Assembly: GCA_041577335.1 (NCBI GenBank)
Contig: JBFGJH010000020.1
Span: 1-46,632, forward strand
From: Acidimicrobiia bacterium
GTDB taxonomy: Bacteria; Actinomycetota; Acidimicrobiia; Spongiisociales; JAENVV01
DNA length: 46,632 bases
Direction of reading: 5' to 3'
The notes under the pieces are model-generated. The model was given only the letters and a program-made list of their open reading frames with translations. It was not told the DNA's origin and ran no database searches. This document shows positions 9,453 through 18,784 of the stretch, one piece after another; position 1 is the stretch's first letter, and each line of letters opens with the position of its first letter. Made by a program: the position numbers and the translations under genes.

Positions 9453-12265
9453 AACATCTCTCGGAGGAACTTCCCCGTGTAGCTCTCAGTGATGGACGCA
9501 ACATCTTCGGGGGTTCCCTCGGCGACCAGCCGCCCTCCGCCGACACCGCCTTCTGGTCCGAGATCGATGACCCAATCGACGGTTTTCACGACATCGAGGT
9601 TGTGCTCGATCACGACGACGGTATTGCCGCTGTCGACGAGGCGTTGCAGCACTCCGAGGAGCTTGCGGATGTCCTCGAAGTGCAATCCGGTGGTCGGCTC
9701 ATCGAGGATGTAGAAGTTCCGACCGGTCGATCGCTAGCCAAGCTCCGAAGCCAGCTTCACGCGTTGTGCCTCGCCGCCCGACAGCGTGGGCGCCGGTTGG
9801 CCCAATCGCACATATCCGAGCCCGACGTCGTACAGAGTTTGCAGGACTCGAGCGATCCGAGGCTGATGTTCGAAGAAGCGGAGCGCCTCCTCGATGGACA
9901 TGTCCAGCACATCGGAGATCGATCTTCCTTTCCAGTTGACCTCGAGCGTCTCCCGGTTGTAGCGCTGGCCCTTGCAGATTTCGCATGGCACATAGACGTC
10001 CGGCAGGAAATGCATCTCGATCTTGATGGTGCCATCCCCTCGACATGCTTCGCACCGGCCGCCTTTCACGTTGAATGAGAAGCGGCCTGGCTTGTAGCCG
10101 CGCAGCTTGGCCTCGTTGGTCCCGGCGTATAACGCACGGATGTGATCGAACACACCGGTGTAGGTGGCTGGGTTTGATCGAGGGGTTCGCCCGATCGGTG
10201 ACTGGTCGATGTTGATGACCTTGTCGACCTCGCCGAGGCCTTCGATACGTTTGTGCCTGCCCGGCACAACGCGGGATCCGTAGAGCTCGTGATGGAGGCC
10301 TTTCGAGAGGATCTCCTGGACGAGAGACGACTTGCCACTGCCCGACACGCCGGTCACCGCCAGGAACAGCCCCAAGGGGAATCGCACGTCGATGTCCGCC
10401 AGGTTGTTCTGGCGGGCGCCCTTTATCAGGATGTGGCGGCCATCCGGCTCGCGGCGCGCCGATGGAATGGCGATTTCCCGCTTGCCGGACAGGTATTGGC
10501 CGGTGATCGACTGTTTGCTGGCGGTGATCTTCTTGAGTGTCCCCTCGGCGACGATCTCCCCGCCGTGCTCTCCTGCGCCGGGCCCGATATCGACCAGATA
10601 GTCGGCGGTGCGGATCGTGTCTTCGTCATGCTCGACGACGATGAGGGTGTTCCCCAGGTCGCGCAGCCGCAGCAACGTCTCGATCAGGCGCTGGTTGTCA
10701 CGCTGATGCAGGCCGATCGATGGCTCGTCGAGGATATAGAGCACGCCAACGAGCCCCGATCCAATTTGGGTCGCCAATCGGATTCTCTGCGCTTCGCCGC
10801 CGGCGAGCGTGGCTGCCGACCGGGCAAGCGTCAGATATTCGAGGCCGACATCGAGGAGGAAGCGGAGCCGCTCGCGGACTTCTTTGAGCACTCGTTCGGC
10901 GATGGCCGCCTCCCGTTCGTCGAGCGCCAGACTCCCCACGAACTCGGACGCGTCGGCCAGGCTCATTGCAGAAACCTCGGCGATTCCCAACCCGGCGATG
11001 GTGACGGACCGGCTGATGGGATTCAGGCGGGCTCCCGCACAGCTGTCGCAGGGAACCTCCCGCATGAACTCCTGGTAATACTCCCGAGCTCCATCGGACT
11101 CGGCGTCGTTGTGCCGCCGCCGAAGGAACGGCAGAGCGCCCTCGTATGTGGTGTAGTACTCCCGTCTGCGGCCGAACCGATTGGTGTAGGAGACCTTGAG
11201 CTTGGTATTGCCCGTCCCTTCGAGCACTGCTTCTTGGGCTTTCCGGGTCAGCTCGCTGAACGGAGTATCGAGATCGAATCCGACGTGGTCGGCGACGCCG
11301 GCAAGCACGCGCCGGTAGTAGCCGTTCTTGCTGCCGGACCAAGGGGCGATCGCTCCCTCTTCGATGGTGAGCTCATCGTTGGGGACCACCAGGTCCCGAT
11401 CGACCTGGTAGCGGGTCCCGATGCCCGAACAGTCGGGACAGGCACCATAGGGAGAATTGAACGAGAAATTACGCGGTTGCAGCTCGTCGAACGAGATGTC
11501 GCATTGCGGGCAGGCAAGCGCCTGCGAGAAGGTCAGCACGGGCCCATCGACCACTGCCACCGAAGCGACTCCCTCGGCGAGCCGAAGCGCCGTTTCGAGC
11601 GATTCGGCCAGCCGGCGACGAATATCCGGCTTCTTCACCAACCGGTCAACGACCACGTCGATGGTGTGGTTGTAGTAGCGGTCGAGTTTGATGTCGTCGG
11701 TCAGATCCCGAGTGTCTCCATCAATGATCGCCCTGCTGAACCCCTCCTTGGAGAGATCTCGAAGGAGGTTCTCGTATTCGCCCTTGCGGCCCCGCACCAC
11801 GGGCGCCAGCACCGAAAACCGGGTGCCTTCGGGCAGATCGAGCACCTGATCGACGATTTGTTCAGCCGTCTGGCGTTGGACCGGCGAGCCGTCGTTGGGG
11901 CAATGCGGTATCCCGATTCGCGCATACAGCAACCGCAGATAGTCGTGAATCTCGGTGACGGTGCCAACCGTGGACCGGGGGTTGCGGCTGGCCGTCTTCT
12001 GATCGATCGAAATTGCCGGCGACAAACCCTCGATGAAGTCGACGTCGGGTTTGTCCATCTGGCCGAGGAACTGGCGGGCATATGCGGACAGCGACTCCAC
12101 GTACCGACGCTGGCCCTCTGCGTAGATCGTGTCGAACGCCAGCGACGACTTGCCAGAGCCGGATATGCCCGTGAACACGATCAACGCGTCGCGTGGCAAT
12201 TCCAACGACACGTTCTGGAGATTGTGCTCGCGGGCGCCGCGAATGATCAGTTTGTCAGAGGCCAT
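9449..12265 (-). pseudogene. uvrA: Excinuclease ABC subunit A interrupted by one in-frame TAG at 9734-9736 (nonsense mutation or base-call error); 938 aa if read through
   Basis: [19 protein letters not shown], zinc fingers and a second Walker A GVSGSGKS. ORFs 9734-12265 and 9449-9685 share one frame: [37 protein letters not shown]. Confidence 0.9.
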
Positions 12266-12275
12266 GAGCAGACCG

Positions 12276-12291
12276 ATTGTAACGGTGGTTC
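12276..12291 (-). promoter_or_regulatory. uvrA -10 element overlapped by an imperfect LexA (SOS) box
   Basis: Minus strand reads GAAC-CACC-GTTA, one mismatch from GAAC-N4-GTTC, overlapping TACAAT. Confidence 0.4.
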
Positions 12292-12308
12292 ATTTCTGCG
12301 ATTCCCCG

Positions 12309-14321
12309 TCAACGCCTCGCAGCACGTTCCTGGCGAAGATCACGATTGAGCTCGTTGATCTCGTCGCGAAGACGAGCTGCATACTCGAAACGAAGCTCCG
12401 AGGCGGCGTCGTGCATCTCTTCCTCGAGACTCAAGATCAAGCGCTCGAGATCATCGCTCTCCATGTCGAGGGTGATACTGCGCTCCACCGAGCGCTTCCG
12501 ACGGTCTACCGATGGTGCATCGGATGACTGCAGCAGTTCGAGGATATCAGAGACTTTCTTGCGGATGGTCTGGGGGTCGATGCCGTGCTCGATGTTGTAG
12601 GCGATCTGACGGGTTCGGCGGCGACTCGTCTCGTTCAATGCTTCCCGCATCGAGGCGGTGACGTCGTCGGCATACATGATCACCTGTCCGTCGATATTGC
12701 GCGCCGCCCTGCCGATCGTCTGAATCAGGGAGGTTCGCGATCGCAGGAATCCTTCCTTGTCGGCGTCGAGGATGGCGACCAGGGAGACCTCGGGCAGGTC
12801 GAGGCCCTCCCTCAGGAGGTTGATGCCGACGAGGACATCGAAGTCGCCCATACGCAACTCTCGGAGTATCTGAACCCGCTCGAGCGTGTCGATCTCGGAG
12901 TGGAGATAGCGCGCCCGGACCCCCATTTCCAGGAGGTAGTCGGTGAGGTCTTCGGCCATCTTCTTGGTCAGCGTGGTCACCAGAACACGCTGATCTCCCT
13001 CGGCTCTGTCCCGGATCTCGTTGAGCAGATCATCGATCTGGCCCTTGGTCGGCCTGACGATCACCTCTGGGTCCACGAGGCCCGTCGGTCGTATGATCTG
13101 TTCGACCATCTGCACCGACTGTTCCCGCTCGAACGAGCTGGGCGTCGCTGACAGGAACACAACCTGGTTGGCTTTCTCGAGCCATTCGTCAAAGCGCAAC
13201 GGACGGTTGTCCATGGCACTGGGCAGTCGGAATCCGTGATCGACGAGAACGGTCTTGCGGCTCCGGTCGCCCTCATGCTGCCCGCCGATCTGCGGAACGG
13301 TGACGTGACTCTCATCGATGATCGTCATGTAGTTGTCCGGGAAGTAGTCCAACAGGGTGTAGGGCGCTTCGCCTGCGCTGCGACCATCGAGATAGCGAGA
13401 GTAATTCTCGATGCCGCTGCAGAAGCCGATCTCGCGCATCATCTCCAGGTCGTAGGACGTCCGCATCCTCAACCGTTGCGCTTCGAGGAGTTTGTCTTTC
13501 CGCTCCAGTTCGGCGAGCCGCTTTTCCAGCTCCTCTTCGATGCCGGCAATCGCTTTGGCCATGCGTTCCTGCGAGGTCACGTAGTGAGTGGCCGGGAAGA
13601 TCCACAGCTCGTCAAGCTCTTCGATGACCTCACCCGTGATGGGGTTCATGCGGAGCATGCGTTCGACCTCGTCGCCCCAGTACTCGACTCTTACGACCGT
13701 CTCCTCATACGAAGGAAAGACCTCGAGCGTATCCCCCTTCACGCGGAAACGGCCCCGAACGAGGTTGACTTCGTTGCGCTCGTACTGGATATCGACGAGG
13801 CGCCTCATCGCCGCCTCGAGCGGATACTCGACGCCGCGGTGCAGCCGCAGCACCTGTCCCAGATACATCTCAGGGGTTCCCAGGCCGTAGATGCAAGAAA
13901 CCGAGGCGACGATGATGACGTCTGTTCGGGTGAGCAAGGCGCTGGTGGCCGCATGCCTGAGCCGATCGATCTCGTCGTTGACCGTAGCGTCCTTTTCGAT
14001 GAACGTGTCCGTGTGCGGTAGGTATGCCTCAGGCTGGTAATAGTCGTAATAGGAAACGAAGTATTCGACCCGGTTCTCGGGAAAGAACTGTCGAAACTCG
14101 TTGGCGAGCTGAGCGGCCAGGGCCTTGTTGGGAGCGATGACGAGCGTCGGCCGTTGTACCGCTTCAATCGTCCACGCCATGGTCGCCGACTTGCCAGAGC
14201 CCGTTATCCCCAGCAATGTCTGAAACGAATCGCCGCGTTCGATTCCCTTGGCGAGGGCCTCTATTGCCTGTGGTTGGTCGCCAGCAGGTTCGAAATCAGC
14301 ATGAACTCGGAATTGCGCCAC
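12309..14321 (-). CDS. uvrB: Excinuclease ABC subunit B
   Basis: [58 protein letters not shown] and a C-terminal UVR domain. Confidence 0.98.
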   Translation of the reverse strand: MAQFRVHADFEPAGDQPQAIEALAKGIERGDSFQTLLGITGSGKSATMAWTIEAVQRPTLVIAPNKALAAQLANEFRQFFPENRVEYFVSYYDYYQPEAYLPHTDTFIEKDATVNDEIDRLRHAATSALLTRTDVIIVASVSCIYGLGTPEMYLGQVLRLHRGVEYPLEAAMRRLVDIQYERNEVNLVRGRFRVKGDTLEVFPSYEETVVRVEYWGDEVERMLRMNPITGEVIEELDELWIFPATHYVTSQERMAKAIAGIEEELEKRLAELERKDKLLEAQRLRMRTSYDLEMMREIGFCSGIENYSRYLDGRSAGEAPYTLLDYFPDNYMTIIDESHVTVPQIGGQHEGDRSRKTVLVDHGFRLPSAMDNRPLRFDEWLEKANQVVFLSATPSSFEREQSVQMVEQIIRPTGLVDPEVIVRPTKGQIDDLLNEIRDRAEGDQRVLVTTLTKKMAEDLTDYLLEMGVRARYLHSEIDTLERVQILRELRMGDFDVLVGINLLREGLDLPEVSLVAILDADKEGFLRSRTSLIQTIGRAARNIDGQVIMYADDVTASMREALNETSRRRTRQIAYNIEHGIDPQTIRKKVSDILELLQSSDAPSVDRRKRSVERSITLDMESDDLERLILSLEEEMHDAASELRFEYAARLRDEINELNRDLRQERAARR

Positions 14322-14327
14322 GGCCCC

Positions 14328-14349
14328 AGCTTATCGGGCGCCTGTGACA
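14328..14349 (-). promoter_or_regulatory. Leaderless uvrB promoter resembling the RecA-NDp/PafBC motif
   Basis: Minus strand reads TGTCAC-N10-TAAGCT-N6-GTG. Confidence 0.5.
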
Positions 14350-14921
14350 GAAAACCCGTCGAGGAATTGATCGAGCCCGTCGAGTTGGTCGGACAATCCC
14401 CTGTGACCGTCATTGACGATGACATAGTCTGCCGCAGCCTGCCATTGCTCGTCGGTCGGTTGATTCTGCATGCGGGCGGCAATATCGTCGGCAACCATCC
14501 CGCGGGCTCGCAGCCGAGAGACTCGGGTCGCGAGAGGCGCCACCACCACCACCACCGGCCAACCGGCGAACCAGTCACGGAGCAGTGGGATCTCAACAAG
14601 CGTGTCGCCGGCAATCGACCGCGCCTGGTCGAGGATCGAAGCCCGGATGGCGGGGTGCGTGATGCTCTCGAGCTCCCCCAGCTGGTCGCTATCGGAAAAC
14701 ACGATATGCGCCAGCTTGGCCCGATCAATGGTTCCCTCGTCGACCGCCGAAGGCCACCGCTCGACGACCGCCGCGAAGGCGCTCCCTCCCGGCTCGAGCA
14801 CGTCGTGGCCGATGCGATCGGCCTCGATGACGTTCCAGCCACGGTCGGCGAGCCGCTCGGCGACGTAGCTCTTGCCTGCTCCGATCCCACCGGTCAGGAT
14901 GATGCGTCGGTAACCTGTCAC
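14331..14921 (-). CDS. coaE: Dephospho-CoA kinase
   Basis: LTGGIGAGKS, EAD, IDRAKLA..VF, LESITHPAI, EIPLL and ADYVIVNDG; canonical position upstream of uvrB. Confidence 0.93.
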   Translation of the reverse strand: MTGYRRIILTGGIGAGKSYVAERLADRGWNVIEADRIGHDVLEPGGSAFAAVVERWPSAVDEGTIDRAKLAHIVFSDSDQLGELESITHPAIRASILDQARSIAGDTLVEIPLLRDWFAGWPVVVVVAPLATRVSRLRARGMVADDIAARMQNQPTDEQWQAAADYVIVNDGHRGLSDQLDGLDQFLDGFSVTGAR

Positions 14922-14941
14922 GGCGACGGAGGGTACTGCGA

Positions 14942-16426
14942 TTGGTTGAATTCTCGGAACGGTGGCTCGGCCGACTGCGGCGCGCCATCAGCGGGCTCAA
15001 CTGGGTGTTCGTCACCGTGGGCATCGTCGGCATCTTCTTGGGCCCGATCGGGTGGCAGGAAGCGGCGGCCATCGTGCTGGCGCTCGCCTATGTGATCACG
15101 ATCCAGTCGGTTCCGCTGTCGTGGTTGCGCCGCCCCTTGAGCAGAGAAGCCCTCGTCGTCACATCCACCGCCGCCATCGCTGTCGCAGCGGCACTCAGCG
15201 GCGGGTTCCGGAGCCCGTTCGTGCTTCTCACGATCACCCCGATCGTCATCGCTGCGCTCGTGGGCGGCTACCGGTTGGGGGTCGCAACGGCTCTCCTGTC
15301 GGTGTCGCTGACGTCTCTTTCGGAGATCGCCGGAGGTGCCCCTGACTGGCCGCTGATTGCCGTGTGGGTCGGCTTCGGAATCATTGTCGGAGTGACCTTT
15401 GGTCTCGCCAGGAAGCTGATTCTCGAGCTCGTCCAACAGGCAGACGTCATTGCGGCGTTGTCTGCCGAGACAGGAGCCCAACTCGAGCGCCTCCAGAGTG
15501 CCAACAGCTTGCTGACTCGATTCGAGGATCTGACGGTGGCAGCCGAGCTCGATCCTGAGAGTGTCGGCGCCACGCTGCTGGATTCTGTTCGCTCCCTCGT
15601 CCCGTACTCGTACGGAACGGTGCAGACCGCCAACCGGGTCGAAGTGGCGGCGCTGGGCACGGCGCCCGAGAAAGGTTCAGAGATGATCATGCCGATCGTT
15701 CACAACGGTCGGAAGATGGGCAGACTCACAATCACGACAAATCGCGAGGTCACCCAGCGCCAACGAGACATCATCGGCGATCTCACCGTCCCGGTTGGGT
15801 TGGCCTTCGCCAATATCGAGGCAGTGCAGCGGATCGCTCGCTCTGCCATCCACGAGGAGCGGGCTCGGGTGGCCAGAGAACTGCACGACGGCATCGGACC
15901 GGCTCTGGCGACGCTGGGCCTGGCACTCGACGTTGCGCAGATGCAGTCGGGCGACCTACCGGGCGTGGCCAAGGAGCTCGGCAGCATGAGGGAATCGGTG
16001 ACCACACTCGTTCAAGACGTCCGGTCAACGGTCGAGGACCTGCGCTCTCCCGACTCACGGCCCTTGGAGGCCATCCTCTCGAGTTTGCCGTTGGGCGACG
16101 TGGAGTTGGTCTACGAACTCGAGGAACGCGCGCCAATGCGTTCAGGGCACGCCCCCGACGTCAATGCCATCGTGATCGAAGCCACGCGCAATGCTCTCCG
16201 CCACAGCAACGCCGACCGGATCACGGTTACCGGCCACTTCGATCGAGACAATGGCCGCATCGAAGTCATCGACAACGGGTCGGGATTCTCCGTCGACAGC
16301 ACATACCCAGGTCACTTCGGGCTGGTGGGGATGAAAGAGCGCGCAGCGCGTCTCGGCGGGGCCCTTGCGATAGAGTCTGACGATGATGGAACTTGCCTCA
16401 CGCTCGATTGGCCGTTGAAACAATGA
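14942..16426 (+). CDS. Membrane-bound sensor histidine kinase (HisKA_3/NarX-like)
   Basis: About 5-6 N-terminal TM segments and a GAF-like region. H-box EERARVARELHDGIG, N-box NALRHS, G-boxes DNGSGF and GLVGMKERA. GGAGGG SD before the TTG. Confidence 0.9.
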   Translation: MVEFSERWLGRLRRAISGLNWVFVTVGIVGIFLGPIGWQEAAAIVLALAYVITIQSVPLSWLRRPLSREALVVTSTAAIAVAAALSGGFRSPFVLLTITPIVIAALVGGYRLGVATALLSVSLTSLSEIAGGAPDWPLIAVWVGFGIIVGVTFGLARKLILELVQQADVIAALSAETGAQLERLQSANSLLTRFEDLTVAAELDPESVGATLLDSVRSLVPYSYGTVQTANRVEVAALGTAPEKGSEMIMPIVHNGRKMGRLTITTNREVTQRQRDIIGDLTVPVGLAFANIEAVQRIARSAIHEERARVARELHDGIGPALATLGLALDVAQMQSGDLPGVAKELGSMRESVTTLVQDVRSTVEDLRSPDSRPLEAILSSLPLGDVELVYELEERAPMRSGHAPDVNAIVIEATRNALRHSNADRITVTGHFDRDNGRIEVIDNGSGFSVDSTYPGHFGLVGMKERAARLGGALAIESDDDGTCLTLDWPLKQ

Positions 16427-17055
16427 TCCGTGTCGCGATCGTCGATGACCACCAGTTATTCGCAGAAACTCTGGCGATGGGCCTGTCCACCATCCCCGAC
16501 ATCGACGTTGCCGCCACCTTCGGCGACGGTGCCGAACTCTTGGATCACCTGGACGAGCTCTCGGTGGAGGTACTGGTCATGGACCTCGAGATGCCGGGTC
16601 TATCGGGGATGGAAGTGCTCGAGTCGGCGAAGACCCTGCCACCGACGCTCATCGTGACCATGCACAGTTCTGAGGATCAGCGGCGACAGGCCACAGATGC
16701 AGGTGCTGCAGGTTTCCTCCCCAAAGCATCGCCCCTCGTCGATGTGGCGGCGGCTATCAGGGCGCTTGCCCAGGGAGCGACCCTTCCCCAAGATACCACT
16801 CTCAGTGAGGTACTGGAGGCACATGCAAGCCCGGTGCTGGACCCCCGCGCCGCGGCGCTCACCTCGCGCGAGCGGGAGCTCCTCGTGTGCCTCGCGGAGG
16901 GAACGACCTCGACAGCCGACTTGGCCCATCAGCTCTACATTTCTGAGAAGACCGTCAAGAACCACCTTGCCTCGATCTTCGACAAATTGGAGGTCGCCGA
17001 CCGTGCCCAGGCAGCCCTGGAGGCCATCAAACTCGGCGTCGCCCCCCGCTCCTGA
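16423..17055 (+). CDS. NarL/LuxR family response regulator
   Basis: MIRVAIVDDH, phospho-acceptor VMDLEMP, conserved T and K, and LuxR HTH LTSRERE..LYISEKTVKNHLASIFDKL. ATGA overlap with the kinase. Confidence 0.93.
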   Translation: MIRVAIVDDHQLFAETLAMGLSTIPDIDVAATFGDGAELLDHLDELSVEVLVMDLEMPGLSGMEVLESAKTLPPTLIVTMHSSEDQRRQATDAGAAGFLPKASPLVDVAAAIRALAQGATLPQDTTLSEVLEAHASPVLDPRAAALTSRERELLVCLAEGTTSTADLAHQLYISEKTVKNHLASIFDKLEVADRAQAALEAIKLGVAPRS

Positions 17056-17149
17056 CCGCCACGCAAATAGGCCGCAAGGCCTATGGTAACCCCTTACTCT
17101 CAGTGGTACTTTGTCTTCTGTTATCCGTATCCCAAGGGAGGGGTAGAAC

Positions 17150-17332
17150 ATGAAGGCTGTGAACGCCTGGCTGGCCCAAAAATGGTCAGCTCTCACTGAT
17201 GAAACTGGTGCTTCGATGGTGGAGTACGCGTTGTTGGTCGTCCTCATCGCAATCGTTGCCATCGCCGCCGTGAACCTGGCTGGGAACGAGGTTTCCGGGA
17301 CATTCTCGGAGATTGCCAGCGAGCTGAACTAG
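17150..17332 (+). CDS. flp: Flp family type IVc pilin 1
   Basis: Class III signal DETG/ASMVEYALL followed by a hydrophobic helix; strong GGAGGGG SD. Confidence 0.92.
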   Translation: MKAVNAWLAQKWSALTDETGASMVEYALLVVLIAIVAIAAVNLAGNEVSGTFSEIASELN

Positions 17333-17346
17333 CGCTGGAGTAGATC

Positions 17347-17520
17347 GTGATCAGGGGGGCCGCTTTGTTGCAACGTCTCATCCACGATGATCGTGGAGCA
17401 GGACTCGTCGAGTATGGACTCGTCGTGATCCTCATCGCAATCGTTGCCATCGCTGCCGTCTCTGTTACGGGCAACCAGACGAGTGACTTGTACGGCGACA
17501 TCGTCAACGGTTTCCCGTAA
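17347..17520 (+). CDS. flp: Flp family type IVc pilin 2 (not in the ORF track, 57 aa)
   Basis: Translated by hand: MIRGAALLQRLIHDDRG/AGLVEYGLVVILIAIVAIAAVSVTGNQTSDLYGDIVNGFP*. GGAG SD at 17337-17340; TTG 17365 is an alternative start. Confidence 0.88.
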   Translation: MIRGAALLQRLIHDDRGAGLVEYGLVVILIAIVAIAAVSVTGNQTSDLYGDIVNGFP

Positions 17521-17544
17521 ACCGATTCGTTCGACACGAACTCG

Positions 17545-17584
17545 AAAAAGAGGGAGCGGGCCATCGGGCCCGCTCCCTCTTTTT
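17545..17584. terminator. Bidirectional intrinsic terminator
   Basis: Perfect 18-bp inverted repeat AAAAAGAGGGAGCGGGCC-ATCG-GGCCCGCTCCCTCTTTTT, giving U-tracts on both strands. Confidence 0.9.
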
Positions 17585-17639
17585 ATTCCCCTCTATCAGT
17601 GGTGAGTGCAACACTTTGGATGACCACTATGCTGAGGCC

Positions 17640-17837
17640 ATGAACCTGTCACGTAGCCAACCCACCCACCATATGAGGCAGATCGTCACCCGGATCCTGG
17701 TAGACGAGCGGGGAGCATCGCTGGTCGAATACGGGCTCCTGGTCATCCTCATCGCCATCATTGCGATCGCGGCGATCAACCTGACCGGAAACGAGGTTTC
17801 GGAGTCGTTTCGCAACGTCGCGTCGGAACTGCGGTAG
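17640..17837 (+). CDS. flp: Flp family type IVc pilin 3
   Basis: DERG/ASLVEYGLLVILIAIIAIAA. ATG 17640 lies 6 nt after TATGCT, as expected for a leaderless start; ATG 17673 is an alternative. Confidence 0.9.
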   Translation: MNLSRSQPTHHMRQIVTRILVDERGASLVEYGLLVILIAIIAIAAINLTGNEVSESFRNVASELR

Positions 17838-17860
17838 AGGGCCTGCCTCGACCCGCTATC

Positions 17861-18784
17861 TCAACGGTTGACGAAGTTGTCCCAAATGCTGATGCCCGCC
17901 GGACCGAGCAGTACGACGAACAACGTCGGGAAGATGCACAGAACCAGTGGGAAAACCATCTTCACGGGTGCTCCGAAGGCTTTCTCCTGAGCCATCTGAC
18001 GACGCTTGATACGCATCTCGTCGGCCTGGACTCGCAACACCCTGGCGATGGCCACACCAAATGCCTCCGCCTGCATCATGGCGAGAAGGAATGAACGCAG
18101 CTCTTCGAGGTCGGTTCGCTCCATCAGGTGCCGCATCGCTTCGCGCCGGCTGACGCCCACGCGGGTTTCCTGGAGCATGCGGAAGAACTCTTCGGCGAGT
18201 GGGCCGGGCACCGTGTCGACGACCCGGGCCAGCGCAGAATCGAAACCGAGACCGGCCTCGACGGAGATCACGAGCAGATCCAACATGTCGGGCAGGGAGT
18301 GCTGCATTGCCCGACGCCGATCCTCGATGCGACGGTTCAGCCATACGTCCGGTGCGAACACGCCCAGGACGAGGATGAGACCGCCCAACAGGATCACTCT
18401 GCCCAAGTCCCCGGTCACGACCCTCGTCATCAGCACCAGCACGCCGATTGAAGCCAGGACGCTGAGTACCTTGATCACGACCCACGAATTGGCATCGAGC
18501 CTCGACTGGAGGCCCGCATAGACGAGGCGTTGGTTGGTCCTTTTCGTCCATCCCGAGCCCGGGATGAACCGACTGACGAGCCGACCGGCGGCAAGTACCA
18601 GCGGAGCGATGGCGCGTTGCGAGAGGGGCTGTCGCAGCGTGTCGTCACGAAGCTCCTGGGTGCCGTAGGCCGCCAATCGCGACGTTGCGCTCATGCGCGC
18701 ACGGAGCACCCCGCCCCCGATCCAGAGGACAAACGCGGTGATGGCTACGAAGACCGCTGCGGATGCAAAAGCGATATCGGTCAT
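17861..18784 (-). CDS. tadC: Tad pilus platform protein TadC (T2SS F family)
   Basis: LPDMLDLLVISVEAGLGFDSAL, GPLAEEF and AQEKAFGAPVKMVFPLVLCIFP. ATGA overlap with tadB. Confidence 0.92.
   Translation of the reverse strand: MTDIAFASAAVFVAITAFVLWIGGGVLRARMSATSRLAAYGTQELRDDTLRQPLSQRAIAPLVLAAGRLVSRFIPGSGWTKRTNQRLVYAGLQSRLDANSWVVIKVLSVLASIGVLVLMTRVVTGDLGRVILLGGLILVLGVFAPDVWLNRRIEDRRRAMQHSLPDMLDLLVISVEAGLGFDSALARVVDTVPGPLAEEFFRMLQETRVGVSRREAMRHLMERTDLEELRSFLLAMMQAEAFGVAIARVLRVQADEMRIKRRQMAQEKAFGAPVKMVFPLVLCIFPTLFVVLLGPAGISIWDNFVNR

Noticed and set aside
9449..9760. Programmed frameshift or alternative genetic code in uvrA
   Set aside because: Both parts are in the same frame, and TAG terminates several other genes here at their expected ends.
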